This document shows positions 49,245-58,627 of a stretch of DNA of 64,000 nt, one piece after another. Position numbers and translations under genes: made by a program. Each line of letters begins with the position of its first letter. Position 1 is the stretch's first letter. A model generated the notes under the pieces. That model was not told the DNA's origin, ran no database searches, and was given only the letters and a program-made list of their open reading frames with translations. The DNA lies in IMG/VR virus record IMGVR_UViG_3300007512_000025, positions 13,428 to 77,427 of that record; one strand, written 5' to 3'. Source of the stretch: a virus.

Positions 49245-49538
49245 ATGATGGCTGAGAGAAAACGTAGAAACCGCAGGCATATTTCGGCTGCTGAAGGTCG
49301 GCAGCGGCTAACAGCAGAGCAACGAGCGCAGTTCGCTAGGGAGCGTCGAGCAATCTGTGGTAAACTGCTGAGTCAAGATGGCTTTCAGGGTGCCCTTGTT
49401 GTTGAACACATCCGAGGGTCACAGTATCTCTTGAGGATGCCAGACGGCACAGAGGTGTTCGCTTCTCATAAAAAGCAGAAAGGTCAAACTGGTGACGCGC
49501 TGTCCCGTGCAGGCTGGAAACTGTGGGAGCAGCGTTGA
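49245..49538 (+). CDS. Hypothetical protein
   Basis: AAGGAG SD. Confidence 0.55.
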   Translation: MMAERKRRNRRHISAAEGRQRLTAEQRAQFARERRAICGKLLSQDGFQGALVVEHIRGSQYLLRMPDGTEVFASHKKQKGQTGDALSRAGWKLWEQR

Positions 49539-49766
49539 TTGGTTCTCTCTTGCGATTTGATTGCGCGAAACGTGAGTTATATCACCCAACTGCGCCCGTT
49601 TACGAAGTCTTCGGTGGCGCAGTTGGGCTATGCACAAACCACCGCGTTAACGACCGAGGAATAGCATACGTTCGTGTTGAGTGGTTGAAGCCCGTTGAGC
49701 ATGGCGGTCGGTGGACAAAAACTTCCTCATTCGCTCTGGATAATTTTATTGTTGTGGGTAAGATAC

Positions 49767-49994
49767 ATGGAAAGAAATAATCACGGAAGTCACGCGAGAG
49801 TTGGTGACCTTGTAGAAGTGATGAACCCCATGGGGCAACTGACTGGCATTACTGGGCTGGTTTATAAGCTGGTTGAGGAACCGGGTTTCGGTGACTTCGA
49901 TGACTCCCACCTCCACCGCCACTATTTTATGATTACGGGACTGCCGCACAGGATTAAAGATTCGCTGGTGGTCGTTCGTTCATTTGCAAACTAA
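49767..49994 (+). CDS. SH3/KOW-like small protein
   Basis: RVGDLVEV...GLVYK. Confidence 0.5.
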   Translation: MERNNHGSHARVGDLVEVMNPMGQLTGITGLVYKLVEEPGFGDFDDSHLHRHYFMITGLPHRIKDSLVVVRSFAN

Positions 49995-50231
49995 TTAAAT
50001 TTAGATATTCTTTTAAAAAGTCCTTGACGGGGCTTTCGTTTTATGTTATATTATGGTTATGGAAATTAAAAAAGTCAAAAACTATGAAGTCTGGATTGAA
50101 GGCACGCTGGGCATCCACAAGGGCAAGCCTATTCTATATTCAGTGTACAGTGATTATAATGTGGCGCGTGTGGCAATGCAAAGGCTGTTGAAGTCAGGGC
50201 GATATGCATCACTTACAACGAAGGAGTCGGG

Positions 50232-50603
50232 GTGACAAAGAGGAAAGAGTTCAACCTCACGAAAGAAGAAAAGAAAGACCTTGCCGAGCATTTCTACAAA
50301 CAAGAAGAAGAACGCTGGGCACAGGCTTCAAAGGCGTATTATCGACCGCAAGGCGCACCCGCACGCCTAAGCGATGAGTTGCTTGACCAGTGGCACATGA
50401 AGCATGGGACAGGCATCCGACATCCCGGTGAAGTACATAAGACGATGGTGAAGGTGTTGTATGACGAGAAGTCATATTCAATTAAAAACTTTCTTACAAG
50501 AGCAGGCGCGGAAAACTTTATTGAGAGCGTCGAGCATTATGGTCTTGCCGCAGAACTTATCACTGATGACAAATATTGGGCAAAATTTATGGGAGCGTTT
50601 TGA
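50232..50603 (+). CDS. Hypothetical protein
   Basis: AAGGAG SD, GTG start. Confidence 0.5.
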   Translation: MTKRKEFNLTKEEKKDLAEHFYKQEEERWAQASKAYYRPQGAPARLSDELLDQWHMKHGTGIRHPGEVHKTMVKVLYDEKSYSIKNFLTRAGAENFIESVEHYGLAAELITDDKYWAKFMGAF

Positions 50604-50872
50604 TGGAAAAGAAAAGAGTACCTTTTGAGTTGCTGAAGATTGCACCAGCCGAGGATGGAAATCCACTCGGCATGACGGTGGAGGTTCAGCCAGAGTTTGA
50701 AAAGTGGTTCGTTGAGGCGCACGGTCTTAACGAGTGGGATGAGGAAAAGTTCAGCACTTGGTTCAAGAATTTCTTGGGCGATGCTGTAAAAGATAGTTGG
50801 AGAGTACATGAGCGCAGCGACCAACAAGGCGTTGACATTTGGGACAACGGAGAGGCATCAAATGAAGAATAG
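50603..50872 (+). CDS. Hypothetical protein
   Basis: TGATG overlap. Confidence 0.5.
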   Translation: MEKKRVPFELLKIAPAEDGNPLGMTVEVQPEFEKWFVEAHGLNEWDEEKFSTWFKNFLGDAVKDSWRVHERSDQQGVDIWDNGEASNEE

Positions 50873-51434
50873 TTATAATTATTTTATGGGCATCACACAG
50901 CACTCGCTGGTTCACCAGATTGTTGAAGATTCCTTTGCGAAGTTCCGCGCACTTCAGGAGTCGTGTGAGGCTGCGGGTCTTGAGTTTGATGAAATGTTCG
51001 GGAGTAAAAACCAGTCTGAGTTGCTGAGTAAAATCTTTGAGAAGGTCGCCGCAGATGTTTACAGCGAGTACGGCGAAGCTGCCGTTAATCCTACCAGCGA
51101 CAACGACCCAGATTTGTTTTTTGTTGACGCAGGATATCCGCTGGAGGTTAAAGTAACTTGCGGTGATGCTTGGACTGGAGGGACGTTCTCTAAGCGTCCA
51201 GCAGATTACCTGCTGATTTCGTGGGACAAGGACACAAAGGACAATTGCTTTCTCGCTCTCGCGCACTTGGAGAAGTCCGACTGGCTACCGGGCGGTAAAA
51301 ACTATTACGGCACAAGGTATCCAAAGAAGGCACTGTATGAAGCCATCGAACAGAAGAAGGCATACAGCTTCTTTGGAAGCTTGGAGAAGACGAAGCGAGG
51401 TCATAAAATTAATAAAGTGAGGGTCAGTCAATGA
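50862..51434 (+). CDS. PD-(D/E)xK restriction-endonuclease-like protein
   Basis: E...DPDLFF...LEVK motif spacing. Confidence 0.5.
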   Translation: MKNSYNYFMGITQHSLVHQIVEDSFAKFRALQESCEAAGLEFDEMFGSKNQSELLSKIFEKVAADVYSEYGEAAVNPTSDNDPDLFFVDAGYPLEVKVTCGDAWTGGTFSKRPADYLLISWDKDTKDNCFLALAHLEKSDWLPGGKNYYGTRYPKKALYEAIEQKKAYSFFGSLEKTKRGHKINKVRVSQ

Positions 51435-51829
51435 GTGAGCAAGAAAAGAAAACAATCCATGAGCAGCTTGAGAGTTTCAAGAAGCATCTGTGGTCAAACG
51501 AGAAGCCAATGGAGTTTGCCGTTGACGTTGTTGAAGAACTTCTTTTGGAGATTCAGCGACAGCAAACCATTATGCGAGCAGGGCTGGATGAAATCGACAG
51601 GCACTGGGACATTCACAGGACTGATGATGTGACTAACAATAAGCAACTGGTTGGATTGATGGACAATCTTGGTGGACGCCGCCGAGGTTTTTACGCCCAA
51701 TATCTGAGTCAGAATGAATATAGGGAGTTCGTCGCCCGTCAAACAAACTTTGAGGCTTTCGCTAAGGCTCAACAAATGGCATTTGAAATGGAGGCACAAC
51801 AAAGTGACGAAGAAAACAAAGAAGACTGA
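51431..51829 (+). CDS. Hypothetical protein
   Basis: ATGA overlap. Confidence 0.5.
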   Translation: MSEQEKKTIHEQLESFKKHLWSNEKPMEFAVDVVEELLLEIQRQQTIMRAGLDEIDRHWDIHRTDDVTNNKQLVGLMDNLGGRRRGFYAQYLSQNEYREFVARQTNFEAFAKAQQMAFEMEAQQSDEENKED

Positions 51830-52008
51830 GCAGCCTGCGATGCCAGATGTGGAGCCAAACCCCGCACTGGCGCTGGCTCTGGAGGGCACGGGCTTTTCTA
51901 CGTTGCACGATGCTCTAGAGAGTGTAATGGAAAAATTAAAGGACAATAAGCCCGAAAAGGGCGAGGGGGAGTCAGATGCTGACTAGTTATGACTGACGTG
52001 TCTTGATA

Positions 52009-52194
52009 ACTGGCAAGGGAGCGGACAACTAATATAAGGGTAAAATGGTGGGGTATGATGCCAGCAAGGTGTTCTCGGTAAGAGAATGGTTGGTGCCCAT
52101 CGACTACTTACGGTCACAAACGAGTAGGATAAATATCAGGTGTGGCTGGCTTGGAATCCGCTGCGAGGAATGATTCCACCGCTCCCTTGCCAGT
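52009..52194 (+). ncRNA. Candidate structured ncRNA (~186 nt)
   Basis: Perfect 16-bp terminal stem ACTGGCAAGGGAGCGG/CCGCTCCCTTGCCAGT, internal hairpins and a downstream T-rich run, in an intergenic gap. Confidence 0.55.
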
Positions 52195-52226
52195 ATTTTC
52201 TTTTCGATGCATGGGGAGGAATTTCA

Positions 52227-52586
52227 GTGAAGTTTTCGATAGGTGATTTGGTTGCAGAAAAAAAAGTTAACCATTGGTACTTCGCTGACAATCACTATGG
52301 TTTTGGATATGCTTTATCACCTTACTACGCCCCTGACGAATACTGGGATGAATATTATGAACGAGCAAAGAATAGAACTCCAGCAATAGGGATTATTATG
52401 GATGCAAAGGAAAACGATTTTACTGGATATTACGAGGCTAACACGCTTATGACCTATCGAATAATGTGGCTAAACGCAGAGGAAGATGATTATATGATGA
52501 GCAGATGGTTTTATGGTGACGAGTTGAGGCTGTTGTCAAAGATTAACCGACCCGCCAACCCAGCCGAGGTTGAAGATGGGCAGTGA
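52227..52586 (+). CDS. SH3/KOW-like protein
   Basis: GGAGG SD, GTG start; KFSIGDLV...IGIIMD...YRIMW...ELRLL. Confidence 0.55.
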   Translation: MKFSIGDLVAEKKVNHWYFADNHYGFGYALSPYYAPDEYWDEYYERAKNRTPAIGIIMDAKENDFTGYYEANTLMTYRIMWLNAEEDDYMMSRWFYGDELRLLSKINRPANPAEVEDGQ

Positions 52587-53109
52587 TATTTTCTCGGGCC
52601 CATGGGTAGTTGAATATTGCGTTAGAGGCAGCGCACCAGACCAAACGCCACCCACTGTTACCAAGCGGTACATCACCGCCAACTATAAGGCTTACACGAT
52701 GGACAGGGTTCTAGAGGTTCTTAAAGAGGTTCACCCAGAGTGGGAAATTCAGAAAATTTATAAAGTGGAGAAGTTGCCATGGGAGGACTAATTATATCAA
52801 CAGCGGTGCTGTTCATGGCGTTTGCAATGTTTTATATTGCACACCAACAAGATAAATAAAGGGGATACAACAATGAAAGAGATTATTAATAAAGTAAGGG
52901 CACTGCCCTCAAGGTTCATCGCGAAGCTTAAAGACACGTTTGCACATAAAGAGGGCAAGTGTGTGCTAAAGCTTGGCAACAACCTTCAGAACTCGGGTGC
53001 AGGAAACCCGCTGATTCTTATGAAACCAAGGTCAAATCGCTGGACACGGCTGAAGAAGATGGTGATGTTTCCGTGGAATTATGTTTGGCATGGGAAAGCC
53101 GAGTTATAA

Positions 53110-53370
53110 ATGAAAAAGATTATACACGTCAACCAACATGTCTTGAAGCGAAACACCAAGCAGGGCACAGATGAGCCTGTGCTTACTGTCAAGACGTATA
53201 AGGAAAACAACTACGCACATGAAGCCATCATCCGTGATGGCGGTGGGGTTGAAGTTGCGCGTGTGGTCTATCGCCCTCACAAGCCACTTGGCTGCGGAGC
53301 GCGATGCTGGATTGAAACAGATACGGACGCAAGCAGTGTAGAATTAATCGTGAGAAATGACAATGACTAA
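53110..53370 (+). CDS. Conserved-type phage protein
   Basis: IHVNQH...VVYRPHKPLGCGARCWIET. Confidence 0.6.
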   Translation: MKKIIHVNQHVLKRNTKQGTDEPVLTVKTYKENNYAHEAIIRDGGGVEVARVVYRPHKPLGCGARCWIETDTDASSVELIVRNDND

Positions 53371-53629
53371 ACTTATTAAATGGCTAATCGTTCTGCCTCT
53401 GGGCATCACAGCGTTTGTAACTGTATCTGGGTTCATGGCATACCTTGTCGTTAGTGGCTGGCTGCTCAACCACGACAATCAAAGGCTCGCAGAGATTTGT
53501 GCCGAAGACGCCCAAGGGGGTTGCCCGCTGCTGTGGCAAGATTATATTAATACAAAACAGGAGAACGAGCGGCTGAAGCTGCAAGTAAGAGAGTGCAATG
53601 TCCTCATCAATCAAGAAATCGAAGATTAA
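53357..53629 (+). CDS. Small membrane protein
   Basis: N-terminal TM helix followed by a coiled coil. Confidence 0.5.
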   Translation: MTMTKLIKWLIVLPLGITAFVTVSGFMAYLVVSGWLLNHDNQRLAEICAEDAQGGCPLLWQDYINTKQENERLKLQVRECNVLINQEIED

Positions 53630-53927
53630 TGTGGGTGACTTAGTGACGCTTGACCCAGAGTCTGTCCTCTATACTACTCATGTTGAATACACCGAGCGAG
53701 TAGGGCTGGTCACTAGTGTGACCAATCGTTATTATCGTCCGCAAGGGTCGGAGGCAATCTATGCACCTTGGGATGATGAGGGGGCTGGGCTGTCTTCACG
53801 CTTGACTGAGGGCGATAAGGTTGATAGAGTCTCGGTCTTGTGGTCGCCGAACAACACAACGACACATGAGCCAGCAGATTGTTTGATAAAGATTGCAAAA
53901 GTAAAAAAAAATGAAGAAAGTCCTTGA
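53598..53927 (+). CDS. SH3/KOW-like protein
   Basis: INVGDLVTL...VGLVTSV...VSVLW. Confidence 0.5.
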   Translation: MSSSIKKSKINVGDLVTLDPESVLYTTHVEYTERVGLVTSVTNRYYRPQGSEAIYAPWDDEGAGLSSRLTEGDKVDRVSVLWSPNNTTTHEPADCLIKIAKVKKNEESP

Positions 53928-53979
53928 CAGGCTCCACATTTCATGTTACATTATAGTGTAAGAAAAAAAAGATAGGAGT

Positions 53980-54276
53980 TTGTTTATGGAATTAGCTAAA
54001 TGGAAACGCGGTGGTCAATGGGTTGACAATGATGAGGGCTGGCATTATCGCTATTGCTCTCGCTGCTATACGACCACGGAGCATGGTATCACCGAGGGCT
54101 GCGTGCCTTGCGGCAATGCAGCGGTTCGCAACAGAGCGGCTATCCGCACTGCCACTGTCACCGGCAGCACTGGTGACCACATTGTAAAACTCTATCCGAA
54201 TGGGGTGAGATATTGTAGCTGCAAGGGTTTTAAATTTCGTAAGACATGCCCTCACATTAAGGGAGCAAAGTTTTAA
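53980..54276 (+). CDS. SWIM zinc-finger protein
   Basis: CSRC...CVPC and CSCKGFKFRKTCPHI; downstream of a TTGACA promoter at 53924. Confidence 0.65.
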   Translation: MFMELAKWKRGGQWVDNDEGWHYRYCSRCYTTTEHGITEGCVPCGNAAVRNRAAIRTATVTGSTGDHIVKLYPNGVRYCSCKGFKFRKTCPHIKGAKF

Positions 54277-54439
54277 AAATTACTTGACGATTCAAAACGG
54301 GTGCTTATATTTTATATACCCGATTTTGATAGGAAGGGAGATAGATTGGACACTTCGTAAGTTTATTCACATAAAGCCTTAACAGGCTAAAATTTCTATG
54401 ATACAATACTTAACATGAACTCAGCATAAGGAGATATAA

Positions 54440-54895
54440 ATGAGTTTTCTAACACCTTGGGGTCACACTAACCGTCGCCATACCCCAGCGACATTCACTG
54501 GTTCAGCCAATTTGATTAATCAATTTGACCGAGCGTTTGGAGATATTTTTAACGATGGATTCTATGTGTCACCTCAGCGTGGCACAAGTGTTGGTCCACA
54601 ATCATATGTTGCCACCGATGATGTTGAACATCGGATTAGCATCGCCCTTCCCGGTGTTCCGAAGGATGCGGTTGATGTTACTGTGGGTGACAACACTTTG
54701 ATTGTTGGGTATGAAGCATCTGGCGACGATTATAATTCCGCTGTCTTCTCCACATCATTCACGAAGTCATGGACACTTCCTGAAGGTATTGATGTTGAGG
54801 GAATTGCCGCTATGTCCGACAATGGTATTCTTACCATTACGGTGCCTCGGACACATGCGAAGGCTTCTGAGGGTCGCACCATTGCTGTAAAGTAG
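54440..54895 (+). CDS. Small heat-shock protein (Hsp20)
   Basis: ALPGVPKDAVDVTV, FTKSWTLP, AMSDNGILTITVP. Confidence 0.9.
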   Translation: MSFLTPWGHTNRRHTPATFTGSANLINQFDRAFGDIFNDGFYVSPQRGTSVGPQSYVATDDVEHRISIALPGVPKDAVDVTVGDNTLIVGYEASGDDYNSAVFSTSFTKSWTLPEGIDVEGIAAMSDNGILTITVPRTHAKASEGRTIAVK

Positions 54896-54908
54896 AACCC
54901 ACCAACAC

Positions 54909-54944
54909 GCCCTCCCCTTTCGGGGGGAGGGCACCCTTTCTTTT
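54909..54944 (+). terminator. Rho-independent terminator
   Basis: GCCCTCCCCT-TTCG-GGGGGAGGGC followed by a T-rich tail. Confidence 0.7.
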
Positions 54945-54959
54945 ACCAAGGATAAAATT

Positions 54960-55292
54960 ATGAAGATGGTCATTTGTTTTGACACTGAAGACCCCAAGGG
55001 CATGGAGAACACTATCAAGACGATAGACCATCTTGCTCTGGAATATACGAACCGCCGCGTGTCAGGATATGACAAAATATCCTTTGGCAAGATTGAGTTT
55101 ATCAAAGCGGTTCGACAGTTCGCTGCCGAGGTCGCTCAGGCGCAGGGTCTTAACGACCCGCTTCTTTGTGAGAACGAGGGCAAGGATGCCTATCGACAGA
55201 AGGAGGACTGGGAAGGGCTTCGCTTTGCCAAGGTCTTCGCTGACCGTATGTTTGAGGTAAAGCGGCGCGGCAAGGAGTTCCGCAGCTTTTAA
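54960..55292 (+). CDS. Hypothetical protein
   Basis: AAGGA SD. Confidence 0.55.
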   Translation: MKMVICFDTEDPKGMENTIKTIDHLALEYTNRRVSGYDKISFGKIEFIKAVRQFAAEVAQAQGLNDPLLCENEGKDAYRQKEDWEGLRFAKVFADRMFEVKRRGKEFRSF

Positions 55293-55335
55293 ATGATTCC
55301 ATGGGGTTCCATTATGTCTTTCTTAGCAATTTCAA

Positions 55336-55725
55336 TTGCACTACTTTTATTGCACACACAGGTATAGTTTGCTTGGTATTTCTAACAATGTTTATGGAGC
55401 GGTTAGTTGTTTTGCAGCGGGACATGCTTGTGCTTGGTTCCAGCTAAACTCTCAGTTTATCTGGGATTGGTGGAAAGACAAGCCGCTGCTGTCGGTCAGC
55501 ATTTATGCTCTACCGATTGGTTTGTGCTTCTGGCTGGGCACGCGACTAATGTATCAAGAAACGGGAGAGTTATGGGCAGGGCGCTTCGTTGGTTTCGCAG
55601 CATCATATTTTATATTCCCGCTGCTGACATGGTGGCTTCATCACGAATCCCCATTCACCGCCAAGACTCTTACATGTATTTTCTTGTCGGTATTAATATT
55701 AATGGTTCAAGTATTTTGGAAATAA
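55336..55725 (+). CDS. Small multi-TM membrane protein (start uncertain)
   Basis: About four hydrophobic segments, SMR/EamA-like size. Confidence 0.5.
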   Translation: MHYFYCTHRYSLLGISNNVYGAVSCFAAGHACAWFQLNSQFIWDWWKDKPLLSVSIYALPIGLCFWLGTRLMYQETGELWAGRFVGFAASYFIFPLLTWWLHHESPFTAKTLTCIFLSVLILMVQVFWK

Positions 55726-55937
55726 GGAGTGATTGATTGTGAAAGAAGCACTGATTGATGCTGCGATGGCACATTTTGAGGCTCAAGAACGAGTGGCAGG
55801 GGCAAACCTGCGGGTTTATCTCACCCATGCTGTGGGCGTAGCTGCCACCCCGCTTCAAGCGGGCAAGATTGTCAATCTGACTAAACAAATTGCTGAAGGC
55901 GGCGAGTGTACAGCAGTTCTGAGCGAGTTGACCCACG

Positions 55938-56330
55938 ATGATTAAGAGTTTAATGGCGCTTGCTTTAGCCACTGGTTGTGCCCAGCACAAGCTTCATTGG
56001 GAAACTTATGAAACTGGCGCTGGGACAATCAAAGTTTCTCAAGCCCCATCTTTCCCATCTTATTGTTTTGATGGGTTGATGCGGAAGTGGATAGAAGCAG
56101 GCTGTAACTCTGTTGGCTATGAAAATCTTAGCGAAGGGTACATTAACTTGTGGTGTTCTGAGTGGAAGGCAGAGTCGTTCCCAGAATCTTCGCACGCCCT
56201 CCGCGCAAACGACTATTGGCTAATACTTTGGAGCGAGGCTGCTCATCAGTATGCGAGAGCGGCACCCCCTGATACGACTTACGAATGCGGAGACGCATCG
56301 GCACTACTTATATCAGCAGAGAGAGATTAA
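55938..56330 (+). CDS. Lipoprotein
   Basis: MIKSLMALALATG-C lipobox. Confidence 0.55.
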   Translation: MIKSLMALALATGCAQHKLHWETYETGAGTIKVSQAPSFPSYCFDGLMRKWIEAGCNSVGYENLSEGYINLWCSEWKAESFPESSHALRANDYWLILWSEAAHQYARAAPPDTTYECGDASALLISAERD

Positions 56331-56498
56331 ATGACAATACATCGGGATATGTGGAAAGATTTTGATAACAAAGAGGCAAAGAAGTATGTTTGCGTGCATT
56401 GTCAAACGGGTATAATTGTTCGACTTCCGGCAATTTGCCCAGAGTGTAATAGATATTTGAACGAGGAAGTCAAAACAAACAAAAGGAAAAAGGAGTAA
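56331..56498 (+). CDS. Small zinc-ribbon protein (not in ORF track)
   Basis: CVHC...CPEC, 55 aa. Confidence 0.45.
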   Translation: MTIHRDMWKDFDNKEAKKYVCVHCQTGIIVRLPAICPECNRYLNEEVKTNKRKKE

Positions 56499-56504
56499 AT
56501 TCTT

Positions 56505-56741
56505 ATGTGGAAAATTTATAAATATGATGGTCACTGCATTAAAGGCGAGCTTGTGTCCAAGCATCGAAGTCAAACCGCTGCGCTCAAGAAAGCCAAGGAG
56601 GTCATTGGACATTTGACCGAGGTCGAAGAAGTCAACAAGGATGAGCATCTGATTTGGTTGGACGGCGAGAGCGGCAACCCGATGGGCGTGATTGTCCAGT
56701 CGCAGAAAAAGCGTGCGAAAAAATTTCTTGACAAACAATAA
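56505..56741 (+). CDS. Hypothetical protein
   Basis: AAGGAG SD. Confidence 0.55.
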   Translation: MWKIYKYDGHCIKGELVSKHRSQTAALKKAKEVIGHLTEVEEVNKDEHLIWLDGESGNPMGVIVQSQKKRAKKFLDKQ

Positions 56742-56791
56742 AAAGTATGCCATAATAGGTTCATAATCACACACACAGAAAGGGCACACCC

Positions 56792-57793
56792 ATGAACAAA
56801 GATGATTATCTGTTCGCAATTGCAAAAGACTCCAAGTGGGAGGCAACTAATTGCTTCTACTTGAATCTTGACCAGATTGAATACACCGAGCGCCAAGAAG
56901 GAAACGACGGGCGGCTTACCACAAAGACTTCCGACGTTCAGTTGAGACAAGAGTTAGAGGTGACCAATGGTAATTGGTGCCCCATCTCGGTTCATGGTGG
57001 TCCCGACTTGTTCACCTTGGATGACGGGCACAACCGTGTCCGAGAGTTGAAAGCCTTGGGCTACGAGACAGTCAAGTGTATCATGTCCAACTACAATTCG
57101 CCATCGCAGAGGCTTTGGGGAATGTTGTGCGATAACATCTATGCCTCTTGCACACCAGCGAGTCATGGTGATTATGTTGCAGTGTTGGTAAAGGACATCA
57201 AAAAGAATTTGGTTCTAGGCTCCAAGTTTGATGTGGTAACAAAAGAAAGCGTGAAGAAGCTTCTGCTAAAGAATCTTACAGCGCACAACAAGCCCGCCCC
57301 ACATCATAAGACGGTGACCGCTATCGTAAACAAGGTGATGGTCGAGTTGCCCTCCGGTGTTAAGAAGTATACGAACTATACTTCCAAGGAAGATGCAGCG
57401 GGTGCCTTCTCTATTATTAATCCGTGGGGAATGCAAATTGCAAAGCCGGGTGAGATTTGTAAGGACAAGGGCGGGCAAGAGTGGGCTGTGTACTTCGCAG
57501 GCTCCGAAGTGTGGGTGCGCCAGAACGGTGTACACTCTGCACTCAATAAGAAGAAGGCGCACCCAAACGCTAAGGTGCTTTTGGTTGGCTTCGATGAGAA
57601 GATTTATCAAAATGGCGGTGACTTGGCAGAGTTTCGGGAAAAACAGCAAGATGTCGCGGAAGGTATCAACAGCAACCCGTTGCTTAATGGTAACTTGTAC
57701 GACCGATACGCTGTGCTTCCGCAAGTAATTCAAGGCAACGCCCCTGAGAAGCATGACGAGTTGGTAAGGTGGGTTGATTTCCCGTGCAATTAA
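56792..57793 (+). CDS. ParB/Srx N-terminal domain protein
   Basis: PISV...LDDGHNRVRELKALG; promoter TTGACA-17-CATAAT at 56728. Confidence 0.6.
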   Translation: MNKDDYLFAIAKDSKWEATNCFYLNLDQIEYTERQEGNDGRLTTKTSDVQLRQELEVTNGNWCPISVHGGPDLFTLDDGHNRVRELKALGYETVKCIMSNYNSPSQRLWGMLCDNIYASCTPASHGDYVAVLVKDIKKNLVLGSKFDVVTKESVKKLLLKNLTAHNKPAPHHKTVTAIVNKVMVELPSGVKKYTNYTSKEDAAGAFSIINPWGMQIAKPGEICKDKGGQEWAVYFAGSEVWVRQNGVHSALNKKKAHPNAKVLLVGFDEKIYQNGGDLAEFREKQQDVAEGINSNPLLNGNLYDRYAVLPQVIQGNAPEKHDELVRWVDFPCN

Positions 57794-58050
57794 AGGTAGG
57801 TGACATAATCCGATTCCGTTTTAAGGGCAGCAATACCCGCAACGACTGGTCGCCGCCTGCTCTTGTTGCGGAACACTTCCATACGATGGAGCCACACGAA
57901 AGGGTTTATCGTAAGGAAGGGAATCCTTGGGAGTCATCAAAGCTTTGGGTGGTAATATGCGACGGGATGCGCTGCGTAGCGAATGAAGATACACATGAAA
58001 TAGAAATACTTAGCCCAGCAGGTTTTATGCCCAAGGTGGTGGAAGATTAA
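57784..58050 (+). CDS. SH3/KOW-like small protein
   Basis: LKVGDIIRF...EIEILS. Confidence 0.55.
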   Translation: MQLKVGDIIRFRFKGSNTRNDWSPPALVAEHFHTMEPHERVYRKEGNPWESSKLWVVICDGMRCVANEDTHEIEILSPAGFMPKVVED

Positions 58051-58627
58051 TAATCCAGAATTAAAAATATTTATCGGTCCAATGTATGGGGGGAAGACTA
58101 CCAAGCTTCTGTCTGCCTTGGAGCGTTACGTCTACCAGAAGAAGAAGGTCGCACTGTTCAAGCCGTCGATAGATAATCGCTACTCGACCGAGATGGTTGT
58201 CACGCACTCAGGTGCAGAGTGGCAAGCTTACCGAGTACCAGACGGATTCGCCATCCTTGAGTATCTACCAGAGGACACAGAGATAGTCGCAGTCGATGAG
58301 CAATTCATGATACCCGGTTCTGCTAATGCGCTGTTGGAGTTGTTCGCGTTAGGCAAGACTGTCCTCGTCTCGACCCTTCAGCTATCTTACGAGCCTTTCC
58401 CCTTTCGGGAAGTGTCGAGGCTGTTGCCCTTTGCCACGTCCATCGAGGTATGCCCTGCCGTTTGCGCCCACTGCGATGCTGACGCATATTACACACGCAG
58501 GACAAGCGGTGGCACCGAGGTCATCGAGATTGGTGGAGCCGAAGCGTATGAGCCTGTGTGCTTTAAACATTACGGTGAGTTGCACACGAAAATCTTGTTA
58601 GGGAAAAGCCAGCATGAAGGTGAGTGA
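58046..58627 (+). CDS. tdk: Thymidine kinase (type II), probable ATT start
   Basis: LKIFIGPMYGGKTT, DNRY, VDEQF, CAHC, IGGAEAYEPVCFKH. Confidence 0.85.
   Translation: MNNPELKIFIGPMYGGKTTKLLSALERYVYQKKKVALFKPSIDNRYSTEMVVTHSGAEWQAYRVPDGFAILEYLPEDTEIVAVDEQFMIPGSANALLELFALGKTVLVSTLQLSYEPFPFREVSRLLPFATSIEVCPAVCAHCDADAYYTRRTSGGTEVIEIGGAEAYEPVCFKHYGELHTKILLGKSQHEGE

Noticed and set aside
52009-52194. Complete retron or DGR
   Set aside because: No reverse transcriptase ORF and no template/variable repeat pair are present in the window.
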